64,000 bases of DNA from an uncultured Clostridia bacterium (GTDB taxonomy: Bacteria; Bacillota; Clostridia; Christensenellales; UBA1242), in assembly GCA_945921465.1 (NCBI GenBank), contig CAMEKS010000001.1, forward strand, positions 2,745-66,744, written 5' to 3'. The translations under genes were made by a program, and so were the position numbers. Every line of letters begins with the position of its first letter. Positions within the stretch are counted from its first letter, which is position 1. The notes beneath the pieces were generated by a model. It was not told where the DNA came from. It searched no databases and was given only the letters and a program-made list of their open reading frames with translations. Shown one piece after another: positions 42,142 to 51,237 of the stretch.

Positions 42142-42177
42142 AAAAAAAAAAATTATTCCCTAGACATAGGGAATAAT
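42142..42177 (-). terminator. Rho-independent terminator after recR
   Basis: On the minus strand, ATTATTCCCTA-tgtc-TAGGGAATAAT followed by T10. Confidence 0.85.
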
Positions 42178-42236
42178 GTATAATTTTTAACACTTTAGTT
42201 TTAATACTCGCTTAATATATTGCAATTGTCTAATAC

Positions 42237-42830
42237 TTATAGTGGTCTTCTCTCCTCAATCGCCTTAGTTAGCGTAATTTCATCGGCATACTGCAGATCG
42301 CTGCCCATTTGTATTCCTTGTGCCAGCCTAGTAACTTTAATTCCAAGCGGTTTTAATAATTTGGCTATGTAGGTGGCAGTCACTTCGCCTTCGACATCTG
42401 GGTTAGTTGCAACTATTACTTCTTCTATATCGCCAGCCTGCACTCTTTCTACTAGTTCTTTTATTCTAATATCATTAGGTCCTTTATTATCCAATGGACT
42501 AATAGTTCCGTGCAACACATGATATAGTCCACGATAATGCTTAGATTTCTCTATTGCCCGCACATCCTTAGGTTCCTTAACTACACAGATAGTGTCGCTG
42601 GTGCGACTGCTGCAAATATTACAAATATCCTTGTCTGTAAAGTCACCACAAACTTTGCAATAATGTATTTGGTCTTTTGCATTAATTAGCGAATTGGCAA
42701 AAAACATTACTGCATCTCTGTCCATATTGATAATAGAATATGCATATCTTTCTGCAGTCTTAGCCCCTACAGATGGTAGCGTCGTAAATGCGTTGATAAG
42801 ATTTTGCAATGCGTCACATTGGTCGCTCAT
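42237..42830 (-). CDS. recR: Recombination protein RecR
   Basis: LINAFTTLPSVGAKTAERYAY (HhH), the zinc finger CKVCGDFTDKDICNIC and a Toprim region. Start at Met13 of the track ORF, which removes the overlap with ybaB. Confidence 0.92.
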   Translation of the reverse strand: MSDQCDALQNLINAFTTLPSVGAKTAERYAYSIINMDRDAVMFFANSLINAKDQIHYCKVCGDFTDKDICNICSSRTSDTICVVKEPKDVRAIEKSKHYRGLYHVLHGTISPLDNKGPNDIRIKELVERVQAGDIEEVIVATNPDVEGEVTATYIAKLLKPLGIKVTRLAQGIQMGSDLQYADEITLTKAIEERRPL

Positions 42831-42840
42831 TATTTTTGTC

Positions 42841-43197
42841 CTAGAACATTCCTGCAGGAAGTCCACTATTTCCTTTTAATTTCTTTTCTAATTCATCAGC
42901 TTTTGCAATAGCCTCATTAACAGCAGCCGTAATCATATCTTCTAACATCTCAGCATCGTCTGGGTCTATTGCGGCAGGGTTAATCTTGATACCAGTTATC
43001 TTCTTGTTGCCCAGTATAGATACCTCTACCATACCTCCACCCGAAGTCGCAGTCAAAGTTGTGGCTGCTAATTCTTCATCGGCCGCCTTAATTTTTTCTT
43101 CCATATCAGCCTGCATTTTCTGTGCCTGTTTCATTAGATTCTGTATGTTCATATTGCCACCACCGAATCCACCCATTCCTGGTCTAAACATAATCAT
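42841..43197 (-). CDS. ybaB: Nucleoid-associated protein YbaB/EbfC
   Basis: NIQNLMKQAQKMQADMEE...TATSGGGMVEVSILGNKKITGIKINP is typical of the family. It sits in the conserved dnaX-ybaB-recR order. Confidence 0.9.
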   Translation of the reverse strand: MIMFRPGMGGFGGGNMNIQNLMKQAQKMQADMEEKIKAADEELAATTLTATSGGGMVEVSILGNKKITGIKINPAAIDPDDAEMLEDMITAAVNEAIAKADELEKKLKGNSGLPAGMF

Positions 43198-43415
43198 TTA
43201 TCTCCTTTGATTAAATTATATTTAAGATATATTAGTTGTAGTACTTGTATTAAATTGCCAAATTATCAGCAGTTAGATGTCATTATGACACACAATTAGG
43301 TGTAGGCCAAATGTTTGCTTATATGAGTCCAAAATACTTAACTTGCTACAATTAATACAATATATACAGATATAGAGTTTTGCTTAATAATATACACAAT
43401 CTTTGTTAAGTATTA

Positions 43416-44027
43416 CTACTCTACAATCTTAACAAGGTCTCCCAATTCAGCGCGAAGTTTACGCACGTTTGCTTCTCTAATTTCGTCACTCTTGTCTTCT
43501 AATAATTGTACACTAAGTACAAGGTTGCAGTCAATTTCTTTAAGGGTTGTAACGATAAAATCATTTATGTTTTTTGACAAAATATCTTCATAGTTTGATA
43601 TTTGGTCACAAACAATTCTAAATTCATTGCCTGCTATATCATATGATTTGATATTAGATATAATAGCAAAAAGCAAACTGTTGCCACTCTTCCTAGCGTT
43701 CTTCATTAGATTGCCAATTATCATATCTTTTGATAAGGATTTGCCCTTAGGGAGATTGCTATTGGTTGTTGGACCACTGCCAAATACATCAGTAATATTA
43801 TTGCTGGCAGTTGTGTTAAATTGTCTTTGCGAGACCATCTTGTCGTTGGCGATGGTGCCATAGTTAACGTCTAACGCAATGTTTTCGCCGCCGCTTGTAT
43901 TTTTGTCTAATTGTGTGTCTGCAATACTATGACAAACTTCCGTACGATTAATGCCATTATCTCTGTGCGAGATTTTTGTTTTTTGGCCGTATTCATCCCA
44001 ATTATCAATGTTGTCGACACCGAGCAT
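43416..44027 (-). CDS. dnaX: DnaX (tau) C-terminal region-like ORF (variable low-complexity segment plus a conserved C-terminal domain), in the +1 frame relative to dnaX
   Basis: 203-aa ORF directly after dnaX, with no RBS in front of its ATG. Its frame stays open upstream to 44108 and overlaps the dnaX 3' end. Low-complexity N/S/T/G region, then LLFAIISNIKSYDIAGNEFRIVCDQ...IVTTLKEI, laid out like tau domains IV-V. Assignment rests on position and architecture only. Confidence 0.5.
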   Translation of the reverse strand: MLGVDNIDNWDEYGQKTKISHRDNGINRTEVCHSIADTQLDKNTSGGENIALDVNYGTIANDKMVSQRQFNTTASNNITDVFGSGPTTNSNLPKGKSLSKDMIIGNLMKNARKSGNSLLFAIISNIKSYDIAGNEFRIVCDQISNYEDILSKNINDFIVTTLKEIDCNLVLSVQLLEDKSDEIREANVRKLRAELGDLVKIVE

Positions 44028-44076
44028 AGGGTTATTGTCAACAACCTCTATAGTTTTGGCAGAGATGTTTTTGGCT

Positions 44077-45234
44077 TTAGGGACAGTCTCCTGATATAAT
44101 TTTTGACTCTAGTGCTTTGATTCGTTGTTCTAGTTTTTCTATTCGGTCTTCGTCGTTCAGCAAACCTAATACATTGATTTCGAACAAAGCACGGGAATCG
44201 GTTGTGTATCTAAATTCTTGTTCGAGACTAGATAACCTAGACATTATCTTAATTAATATCGCGTTATCGCAAGACTGTGCAATTGCTTGGCAACGCGAGT
44301 AGATATCGTCTGGCATAGACAGTAAAGATTGAGCATTATTGCAGTTTTTGATAATACTGATGTCTCTGACAAAATTAACCAAATCACGATTAAGTTGTCC
44401 AAAGTTTTTGCCTTTGTCTGCAAGTGCCTTAAGGTATGATAGCAAATTCGTACAGTCTCTAGTTATTATATATTCGCATATTGTGGCAAGTGCGTCTTTG
44501 CTTGTTATACCTGTTATCTCTGTAACTGAATCATATGTAATATTATTGTTAGAGAATGTAATACAAGATTCAGCGATGGACAGTGTATCTCTGACGCTTC
44601 CTTCACCAAGAGATGCAATTAATTTTAAGGCTTCTTCTTCGTATTTTACACCTACTTGGTCGAATATTTTTTGCAATTGACCAACTAATGTCTCAATGCT
44701 GACTAATTTGAAATCAAATCTAATGCAGCGGCTAAGTATGGTCTGTGGCAATTTGTGTACTTCGGTAGTTGCGAGTATGAACACCACATATGTTGGTGGC
44801 TCTTCTAATGTCTTAAGTAGGGCGTTAAAAGCACTCTCAGATAGCATATGAACTTCGTCAATAATATATACTTTGTACTTAGATATAGTTGGTGGATAGA
44901 TTACCGACTCCTTAATATCTCTAATATTATCTACTCCATTATTAGATGCGGCATCTATTTCTATTATATCTAAATTGTCTGGATTATTAAGTGCAATGCA
45001 TGCAGGACATTTGCCACAAGCAATACCATTTTGGGGTTCGGTGCAGTTGATTGCTTTGGCGAATATCTTAGCAATACTAGTTTTGCCAGTTCCTCTAGTG
45101 CCAGAGAAAAGATATGCGTGCGATATCTGATTGCTAACAATTTGATTCTTTAGCGTGGTTACGATATGGTCTTGTCCGATTACCTCATCAAATGTTTTGG
45201 GTCGAAATCTTCGATATAGTGCTTGATGTTCCAT
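44077..45234 (-). CDS. dnaX: DNA polymerase III subunit gamma/tau, domains I-III (terminates early relative to typical tau)
   Basis: Walker A GTRGTGKTS, zinc module CGKCPACIAL, Walker B IIDEVHML and sensor SRC (TILSRCIRFDF). Start at Met19 (MEHQALYRRFRPKTFDEV). Confidence 0.92.
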   Translation of the reverse strand: MEHQALYRRFRPKTFDEVIGQDHIVTTLKNQIVSNQISHAYLFSGTRGTGKTSIAKIFAKAINCTEPQNGIACGKCPACIALNNPDNLDIIEIDAASNNGVDNIRDIKESVIYPPTISKYKVYIIDEVHMLSESAFNALLKTLEEPPTYVVFILATTEVHKLPQTILSRCIRFDFKLVSIETLVGQLQKIFDQVGVKYEEEALKLIASLGEGSVRDTLSIAESCITFSNNNITYDSVTEITGITSKDALATICEYIITRDCTNLLSYLKALADKGKNFGQLNRDLVNFVRDISIIKNCNNAQSLLSMPDDIYSRCQAIAQSCDNAILIKIMSRLSSLEQEFRYTTDSRALFEINVLGLLNDEDRIEKLEQRIKALESKIISGDCP

Positions 45235-45284
45235 AGTTACTCCTGTTATTATGCTAATTTGTATATATGCATTATTGATTCTAG

Positions 45285-45881
45285 TCACAAATCTATTTTT
45301 GTTTTTATTCTTGCTACTGCATTCTCTACACTCTTAATATTAATATGCAGAGTTTCTGCAATCTCTTTGTTATTGCATCCGCTTATTTTAAGCTTAAGAA
45401 TATCAAATTCCATATCGCTTAATTTTAGTCCCAACTCTCTTAAAGTATAGGATAGACTCTCTTCGTCTATCAATTCCGACTCTGGTGTTTTAGTGTTAAA
45501 TTCATAAGGTACTGTCATAGTATCACCATTGTCTCCGGTCATTTCCACTTCGCCTTGATTGTTAAGTGGTAATGTATTGCTATTAATCTTTTGCTTTTGG
45601 GTATTTAGCTTTTTAAGATAGTTAATTAATTCATTATCTATTATATGATTGACAAATGTGTCAAATGAAGCATTGCGTCTATCGTTGTAGGCAAGTATTC
45701 CTTTGTATACTGCCAGTCTACCACACTGCAATAATTCTTGATAATCGTCGCTATAATAGAAATAGCCTTTTGCCTTAACCTTTTGCTCGATTATATTCTC
45801 ATACGTTTTTATTATTTGGTTACAAGCATACGTATCGCCATCTTTTGCGGCTTGCAACATAGATTTGTCGATGTCTATCAT
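45285..45881 (-). CDS. sigH: Sigma-70 family RNA polymerase sigma factor, SigH-like by synteny
   Basis: Region 2-like N-terminus (YENIIEQKVKAKGYFY...LLQCGRLAVYKGILAY) and a region 4 HTH (LSDMEFDILKLKISGCNNKEIAETLHINIKSVENAVARIK). It lies downstream of mrnC-rlmB, as in Bacillus. Confidence 0.65.
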   Translation of the reverse strand: MIDIDKSMLQAAKDGDTYACNQIIKTYENIIEQKVKAKGYFYYSDDYQELLQCGRLAVYKGILAYNDRRNASFDTFVNHIIDNELINYLKKLNTQKQKINSNTLPLNNQGEVEMTGDNGDTMTVPYEFNTKTPESELIDEESLSYTLRELGLKLSDMEFDILKLKISGCNNKEIAETLHINIKSVENAVARIKTKIDL

Positions 45882-46006
45882 CTTGTCCCTTTTTATAATT
45901 AATGATTTTTATCAATATTAATTTTTGTCTATATAGTGTTTGTTGCACAATTATATATTGTTTGTCATATCTATCGTTGTTTCTGACAATAACCATATGC
46001 CAATTG

Positions 46007-46738
46007 TCATTTGTTGTTTTTCTTAGTAAATATCGTATTGATTGCTATGCCAGTTGCGACAGATGCATTAAGTGAATTGATATGACCACACATAGGTATA
46101 GATACACGCTTGTCACATAATTTCAGCGTCAACGCCGATGTGCCGAAACCTTCTGAACCAATAACTAATGCAACACCGCCGCCAAAGTCGGTCTTATTGA
46201 TATCTTCTCCGCCCAATTCGCAGCCATATACCCAGATATTGTGTTGTTTTAATTCTTCAATTGTTTGATTAATATTGGTTACCTTGGCCACCTTGACATA
46301 TGCAGTAGCCCCTGCCGAAGTTTTGATAACTGTTTCGTTAACATTGCAGGCACGATTCTTGCCAATTATTATTCCATCTACACCAAAGCATTCGCAAACT
46401 CTTATTATACTACCAAGATTGTGTGGGTCTTCTATTCCGTCTAGTATCAATATAAATGGGTCGGTGCCTTTAGACTTGGATACTGCTAGGATTTCTGGCA
46501 ATGTAGCATAGTCATAATCGGCAGTCTCTGCTATAATGCCTTGGTGCTTGCCAGTTTTACTAGTTCGGTCTAGTGTAGAATTGTCTACCCATTGCAATTT
46601 TATTCGCTTAGATTTTGCCAAGTCAATTATTTCTTGGAAAGTGTTGTCGTGAGTTGACTTGCTTGCCAATATTTTTTCAATTTTTTCTCCATTGCGCAGA
46701 GCTTCTCGCACTGCATTCCTACCCTCTATTAGTAGCAT
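46007..46738 (-). CDS. rlmB: TrmH/SpoU-family 23S rRNA 2'-O-methyltransferase (RlmB-like)
   Basis: N-terminal substrate-binding domain IEGRNAVREAL and SpoU motifs (LDGIEDPHNLGSIIR, LVIGSEGFG, SLNASVATGI). Confidence 0.85.
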   Translation of the reverse strand: MLLIEGRNAVREALRNGEKIEKILASKSTHDNTFQEIIDLAKSKRIKLQWVDNSTLDRTSKTGKHQGIIAETADYDYATLPEILAVSKSKGTDPFILILDGIEDPHNLGSIIRVCECFGVDGIIIGKNRACNVNETVIKTSAGATAYVKVAKVTNINQTIEELKQHNIWVYGCELGGEDINKTDFGGGVALVIGSEGFGTSALTLKLCDKRVSIPMCGHINSLNASVATGIAINTIFTKKNNK

Positions 46739-47153
46739 TATTCTCTAACTCCTTATGTATTGTATCGTAGCCAACATTCAATATCTCGTCTAGTCGAGGT
46801 TGGTTGCCTATAAGATATAAATAACCAATTAATGCTTCGAATCCAGTGGCACGTTTATAGTCTATTACCTTGGCATTTTTAGCTATATTGTTAGTTTTGT
46901 AATTTCGTGCTCTCTTAAAGATTTTAGTCTCTTCTTCGGTTAACATCTTAGATATCTTGGATATAATTTCACTCTGTCCGCTTGCTTTGACAAAGTTGGT
47001 TGTCAACTTGTGTTGCAGATTAACATTAACCTCTTCGTCTAGTACAATTCTTTGTCTAATGTAAAGGCTAAAAACAGCATCACCCACAAAAGCCAGGCTC
47101 TGAGGATTAAGATTGATGGCTATTGATTTGTCAATATTGTTGATATCAAACAT
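46719..47153 (-). CDS. mrnC: Mini-ribonuclease III
   Basis: LAFVGDAVFSLYIRQ and FKRARN...ATGFEALIGYLYL are typical of Mini-III. It overlaps the rlmB start. Confidence 0.85.
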   Translation of the reverse strand: MFDINNIDKSIAINLNPQSLAFVGDAVFSLYIRQRIVLDEEVNVNLQHKLTTNFVKASGQSEIISKISKMLTEEETKIFKRARNYKTNNIAKNAKVIDYKRATGFEALIGYLYLIGNQPRLDEILNVGYDTIHKELENNATNRG

Positions 47154-47573
47154 ATTATTTTGACCTAATGTAAAATTTTATATTTTTTTTAGCAAGTTAT
47201 ATTGTGACGGCCTTGCAATCAATATACTATACCAATATTAGACACACTGGTCAGTATGTACCACTATAGATTAAATGATATATATATACAAATATATATT
47301 ATCATAACATAGGTATCAAAGTCCACAATTTTTGTTGTTATTTTGATGGCTTAACAGATAAACGAATTTTAGATAGTTCAACGGACGATTATTTATTTTT
47401 CAGGCGAAGATAGTCGACTTGAATACAAGGTGGTAAGAATTAGACTACAGTTCAATTATGTATTTAAGGGCAATAAGCGCAAGTGTAATATTGTCGAGCA
47501 TTGCCAAAATTGTTTGCCAACGGGTAAGGAAATATGAGATAATATAATGTGTCTTTTGGGGACAAATGTGATT

Positions 47574-47818
47574 TGATATTGAATTAACATCAGCTTTGCT
47601 TGAATATACTCTCGCTTTGCTTCGTGTGCATTCATACAAAACTTCCGATAATATAATCTATGTGATGTTGCTTTGCTCACTTTGTTCGCAAATCAATTTG
47701 CTAAATGCAAATCCGTTGTCACAACGGCATCCTGATTGAATTAACATCGGTTATATACAAGAGAACCTATCGGGTATGTTTGTTTATAACTTCCGATATT
47801 ATAATTATTCGGAATGTA
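47574..47818 (+). repeat. Structured modular repeat, locus A (variant X module, then L, then X); flank 47440-47573 may hold degenerate remnants
   Basis: Hand alignment to loci B, C and D. Shares TTTGCTCACTTTGTTCGCAA, GGCATCCTGATTGAATTAACATC, ..GTTTGT.T.TAACTTCCGATATTATAAT. The strand given is the one favoured by G-U pairs. Confidence 0.8.
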
Positions 47819-47892
47819 TGAAACATATTGTAGAACAATGAAATTACAAAAGCCAAAGGCACAATGTGCAACAAAGGAAATTGAAGAAAATT

Positions 47893-50076
47893 ATGGAAAT
47901 TAATGAATTATTGGCTCAAGAATTTAGTATGTCACTTAATCACGCAAACAATATTATTGCGCTGATGGATGAGGGGGCGACTATCCCATTCATCGCCAGA
48001 TATCGTAAGGAGATGACGGGCAGTTGTGACGATCAGACTTTGCGTGCGTTTTACGACAGGCTTAATTACTTAAGGAACTTAAATGAGCGTAAAGAATCGG
48101 TTATTGGCATTATTACCGAACAGGGCAATATGACCGAAGAAATAATGAATGCATTGAACAATGCCGCCACCCTAACCGAGATAGAAGATATATATAGACC
48201 ATTTAAGCCAAAGCGAAAGACGAGGGCGACAGTGGCTGTGGCAAAGGGTTTGCAACCATTAGCGGACGCAATTATTAAGCAGGACAAGTCGGTTGATTTG
48301 ATGGCATTGGCAGAGACTTTTGTGTCTGAAGAGAAAGATGTTAAGAGTTCCGAGGAAGCATTGCAAGGTGCTAAGGACATTGTGGCAGAGTCTATTTCGG
48401 ACAACGCAAATTTGCGAAAAATTTTGCGTGAAATGCTGCAGAAAAAAGGTTTTGTGCAATGCAAGTTGGTCGAAGAAGAAGAGAATGCTCCTACTTATGA
48501 GATGTACAAAGATTATAATTCACCAATTGACAAAATGCCATCTCACCGAATTTTGGCAATCAATCGTGGAGAGAATGAGAAGTGCTTGAAGGTCAGCTTG
48601 ACATTGAATGAAGAATTGGCATTGGGGGAGATATACAAAGAGACTATTAAGAAAAATTCGCCATATGAACAATTGTTAAAAGAAATATGTCAAGATTCTT
48701 ATGACAGGTTGATTTTCCCTAGTATCGAGAGAGAAGTAAGAAATGAAATGACCGATCGTGCTAACGAGCAAGCAATTAAGATGTTTGAGGTTAATCTAAG
48801 ACCTCTTTTGATGCAGGCACCTCTAAAAGATAAAGTTATTTTGGGATTGGATCCTGCATACAGAACAGGTTGCAAGATTGCAGTTATAGATAATCACGGC
48901 AATGTGCTAGATACAGCTGTTGTATATCCCACACCACCCCAAAACAAGATAGAAGAAGCAGAGGCCACTCTAACCAAATTGATTATGAAACACGATGTTG
49001 ACATAATATCTATTGGCAACGGAACTGCGACCAAAGAGAGTGAAATTTTTGTAGCCAATTTGATTAAGAAGTTGCCAAGGAAAGTGACATATGCAGTAGT
49101 TAATGAAGCAGGTGCATCGGTATATTCTGCTAGCAAATTAGGTGCTGCTGAATTCCCTACATTTGATGTTGCATTGCGTAGTGCGGTTAGTATTGCTCGT
49201 AGGTTGCAAGATCCATTGGCAGAGTTAATTAAAATAGATGTCAAATCAATTGGCGTAGGACAATATCAGCACGATATGCCTCAGAACCGATTAACCGAAG
49301 TGTTGGAGGGAGTGGTAGAAGACTGCGTTAACTCGGTTGGCGTAGATGTTAATACTGCCAGCCCTAGCCTGCTAGGCTATGTGTCGGGACTTAATAGCGG
49401 AATAGCCAAGAGCATAGTAGAGTATCGCAAAGAGAATGGCAAAATTAACAATAGGCAGACGCTATTAAAAGTTAACAAATTGGGAAATAAAGCATTTGAA
49501 CAATGTGCAGGTTTCTTGCGAATAGTAGACGGTGATAATGTGCTTGACAATACCGGAGTACATCCTGAGTCTTATGAGGCGGCAAATAAATTGTTGAAAT
49601 TATTCGGAATGACTACCAGCGATGTATCTAACGGAAATGTAAAACATTTGGCAGAGTTGGTTGCTGCTAAGGGCGAAGAGTCAGTTGCCAAGGAGATTGG
49701 TGTAGGAGTTCCTACTTTGACAGATATTGTTAACGACTTAATTAAACCAGGTAGAGATATAAGGGATGAGTTGCCTAAGCCAGTACTGAAGAGCGAATTG
49801 TTAGGAATAGAAAATTTGAAACCTGGTATGGTTATAGATGGCGTAGTGCGTAATGTAATTGATTTCGGTGTATTCGTGGATATATCTGTGCATCAAGATG
49901 GCTTGGTTCATATATCTGAGATTAGCAAAGATTATATCAAGCACCCAAGTGAAGTATTGAAGGTTGGCGATATAGTTACTGTTAAGGTAATAGGAGTAGA
50001 CCTGGCCAAGAAACGAATATCTCTAACCATCAAGGGAGTCACCGAAGAAGACCTTGCTAACAAGGTGGGGAATTAA
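47893..50076 (+). CDS. tex: Tex-like transcription accessory protein (YqgF/HhH/S1 domains)
   Basis: N-terminus TIPFIARYRKEMTG, a YqgF-like core and a C-terminal S1 domain (GMVIDGVVRNVIDFGVFVDI...GLVHISE). Start at ATG 47893 (Met10 of the track ORF). Confidence 0.9.
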   Translation: MEINELLAQEFSMSLNHANNIIALMDEGATIPFIARYRKEMTGSCDDQTLRAFYDRLNYLRNLNERKESVIGIITEQGNMTEEIMNALNNAATLTEIEDIYRPFKPKRKTRATVAVAKGLQPLADAIIKQDKSVDLMALAETFVSEEKDVKSSEEALQGAKDIVAESISDNANLRKILREMLQKKGFVQCKLVEEEENAPTYEMYKDYNSPIDKMPSHRILAINRGENEKCLKVSLTLNEELALGEIYKETIKKNSPYEQLLKEICQDSYDRLIFPSIEREVRNEMTDRANEQAIKMFEVNLRPLLMQAPLKDKVILGLDPAYRTGCKIAVIDNHGNVLDTAVVYPTPPQNKIEEAEATLTKLIMKHDVDIISIGNGTATKESEIFVANLIKKLPRKVTYAVVNEAGASVYSASKLGAAEFPTFDVALRSAVSIARRLQDPLAELIKIDVKSIGVGQYQHDMPQNRLTEVLEGVVEDCVNSVGVDVNTASPSLLGYVSGLNSGIAKSIVEYRKENGKINNRQTLLKVNKLGNKAFEQCAGFLRIVDGDNVLDNTGVHPESYEAANKLLKLFGMTTSDVSNGNVKHLAELVAAKGEESVAKEIGVGVPTLTDIVNDLIKPGRDIRDELPKPVLKSELLGIENLKPGMVIDGVVRNVIDFGVFVDISVHQDGLVHISEISKDYIKHPSEVLKVGDIVTVKVIGVDLAKKRISLTIKGVTEEDLANKVGN

Positions 50077-50236
50077 CCAAAAAACTATTTTATTAATATC
50101 GTAAGATATTTATAATCGCACCTGCAAAGAAGATTGTATATAGCTGATGTTAATTAATTTTTGGATATTATTGTCCTGCTGCAGATTTTTGATAAATTGC
50201 AATAGAATTAGAAATAGAATATTTGAATAATATACA

Positions 50237-50278
50237 AAAGCCATTATTAGAGAGTGCTCTAATAATGGCTTTTTTTTG
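50237..50278 (+). terminator. Rho-independent terminator after tex
   Basis: GCCATTATTAGAG-agtg-CTCTAATAATGGC followed by T8. Confidence 0.85.
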
Positions 50279-50345
50279 TTACTATATTTGATGACCTACA
50301 ATTTTATTTAAGTCGGTTGTGTTTTAGCAAATGGGGAATATATAT

Positions 50346-50828
50346 TTATTGAGTCTTTTTGTTAAGATATGCCATTAGTTTAGCAGTGGCATCGCTGCTA
50401 GTATGGGTAGATTCTTCTTTGTTAACTAGCCTTTCAATTTCCCACATACATTTTACAAATCTATTTAATTTGTAAGTCGTAGTCTCGGTGTCTGCATCGA
50501 GCGTAATTATGCCATCTGCAAATTGGCACTTGTATTTATTACAGGCGTCTGCGACAATGTCATCAATTCTAACTACGTTGGCAAATTTTTCTACCACTGC
50601 GCCAAGGTCTGTAATGGTGTATTCGTCGGATGTGCTTAATAGTCCCATATTTTCTTGCTCTTCGCTACGCTCTAGCACTACTTCGGTTTCATTTTCTATC
50701 TTAATTGCGATAGTTATAGCGGTGCCGTCTTCGTAGTAAGCGGGATATGCCAACATATATAGCCCATTGCCATAATTAAGCTTATATATGCTTTGATTAA
50801 TTTTTTCTAAAATATCATTTATTTTCAT
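50346..50828 (-). CDS. Hypothetical protein, possibly DUF1828-like
   Basis: 160-aa ORF. N-terminal pattern ...YPAYYEDGTAITIAIKIE...EYTITDLGAVVEKF recalls DUF1828 proteins as I remember them. Weak call. Confidence 0.5.
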   Translation of the reverse strand: MKINDILEKINQSIYKLNYGNGLYMLAYPAYYEDGTAITIAIKIENETEVVLERSEEQENMGLLSTSDEYTITDLGAVVEKFANVVRIDDIVADACNKYKCQFADGIITLDADTETTTYKLNRFVKCMWEIERLVNKEESTHTSSDATAKLMAYLNKKTQ

Positions 50829-51237
50829 AATTACCCCATTATGTTTTAATTTTATGATAACAATTTATAATAACAAATCTACGAGATGTTAACTTGCTTA
50901 TGCGTCTGCCTGTATCTCAATCTGACAATTGCAATTTTGATATAGTAGCGGCACACTGAGTTAATAACCTAGAGATATATACAAGTAATGCTACGCATAT
51001 ATCTATTTATAGTTACCAAAAAATATTAATTTAATATCATATTAATATTATAAACAGACAATCAAAATATTATCTGTTTCCTCAGTTGCTCACATTTTGC
51101 ATAGCGACAATCATCAAATCATAATATTACTTATGATTGCAAGTATACAGTTACAATTATATTCTATCACAATATTTGCAGTAATATATAGCAGTAATTC
51201 ACTATTTTTAATTTTTTCAATTTGATAAATCAAGGTC

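Noticed and set aside
43198-43415. SRP RNA (scRNA) or another housekeeping ncRNA in the gap next to dnaX, as in the Bacillus scr-dnaX arrangement.
   Set aside because: I could not find the conserved SRP domain IV motifs (GGAAGCAGCCA-type sequence) on either strand. The gap is AT-rich with no convincing structure.
47445-47680. Two overlapping minus-strand track ORFs (64 and 74 aa) in the mrnC/tex spacer.
   Set aside because: They overlap repeat locus A and its degenerate flank, have no RBS, and the homologous repeat copies do not preserve any reading frame.
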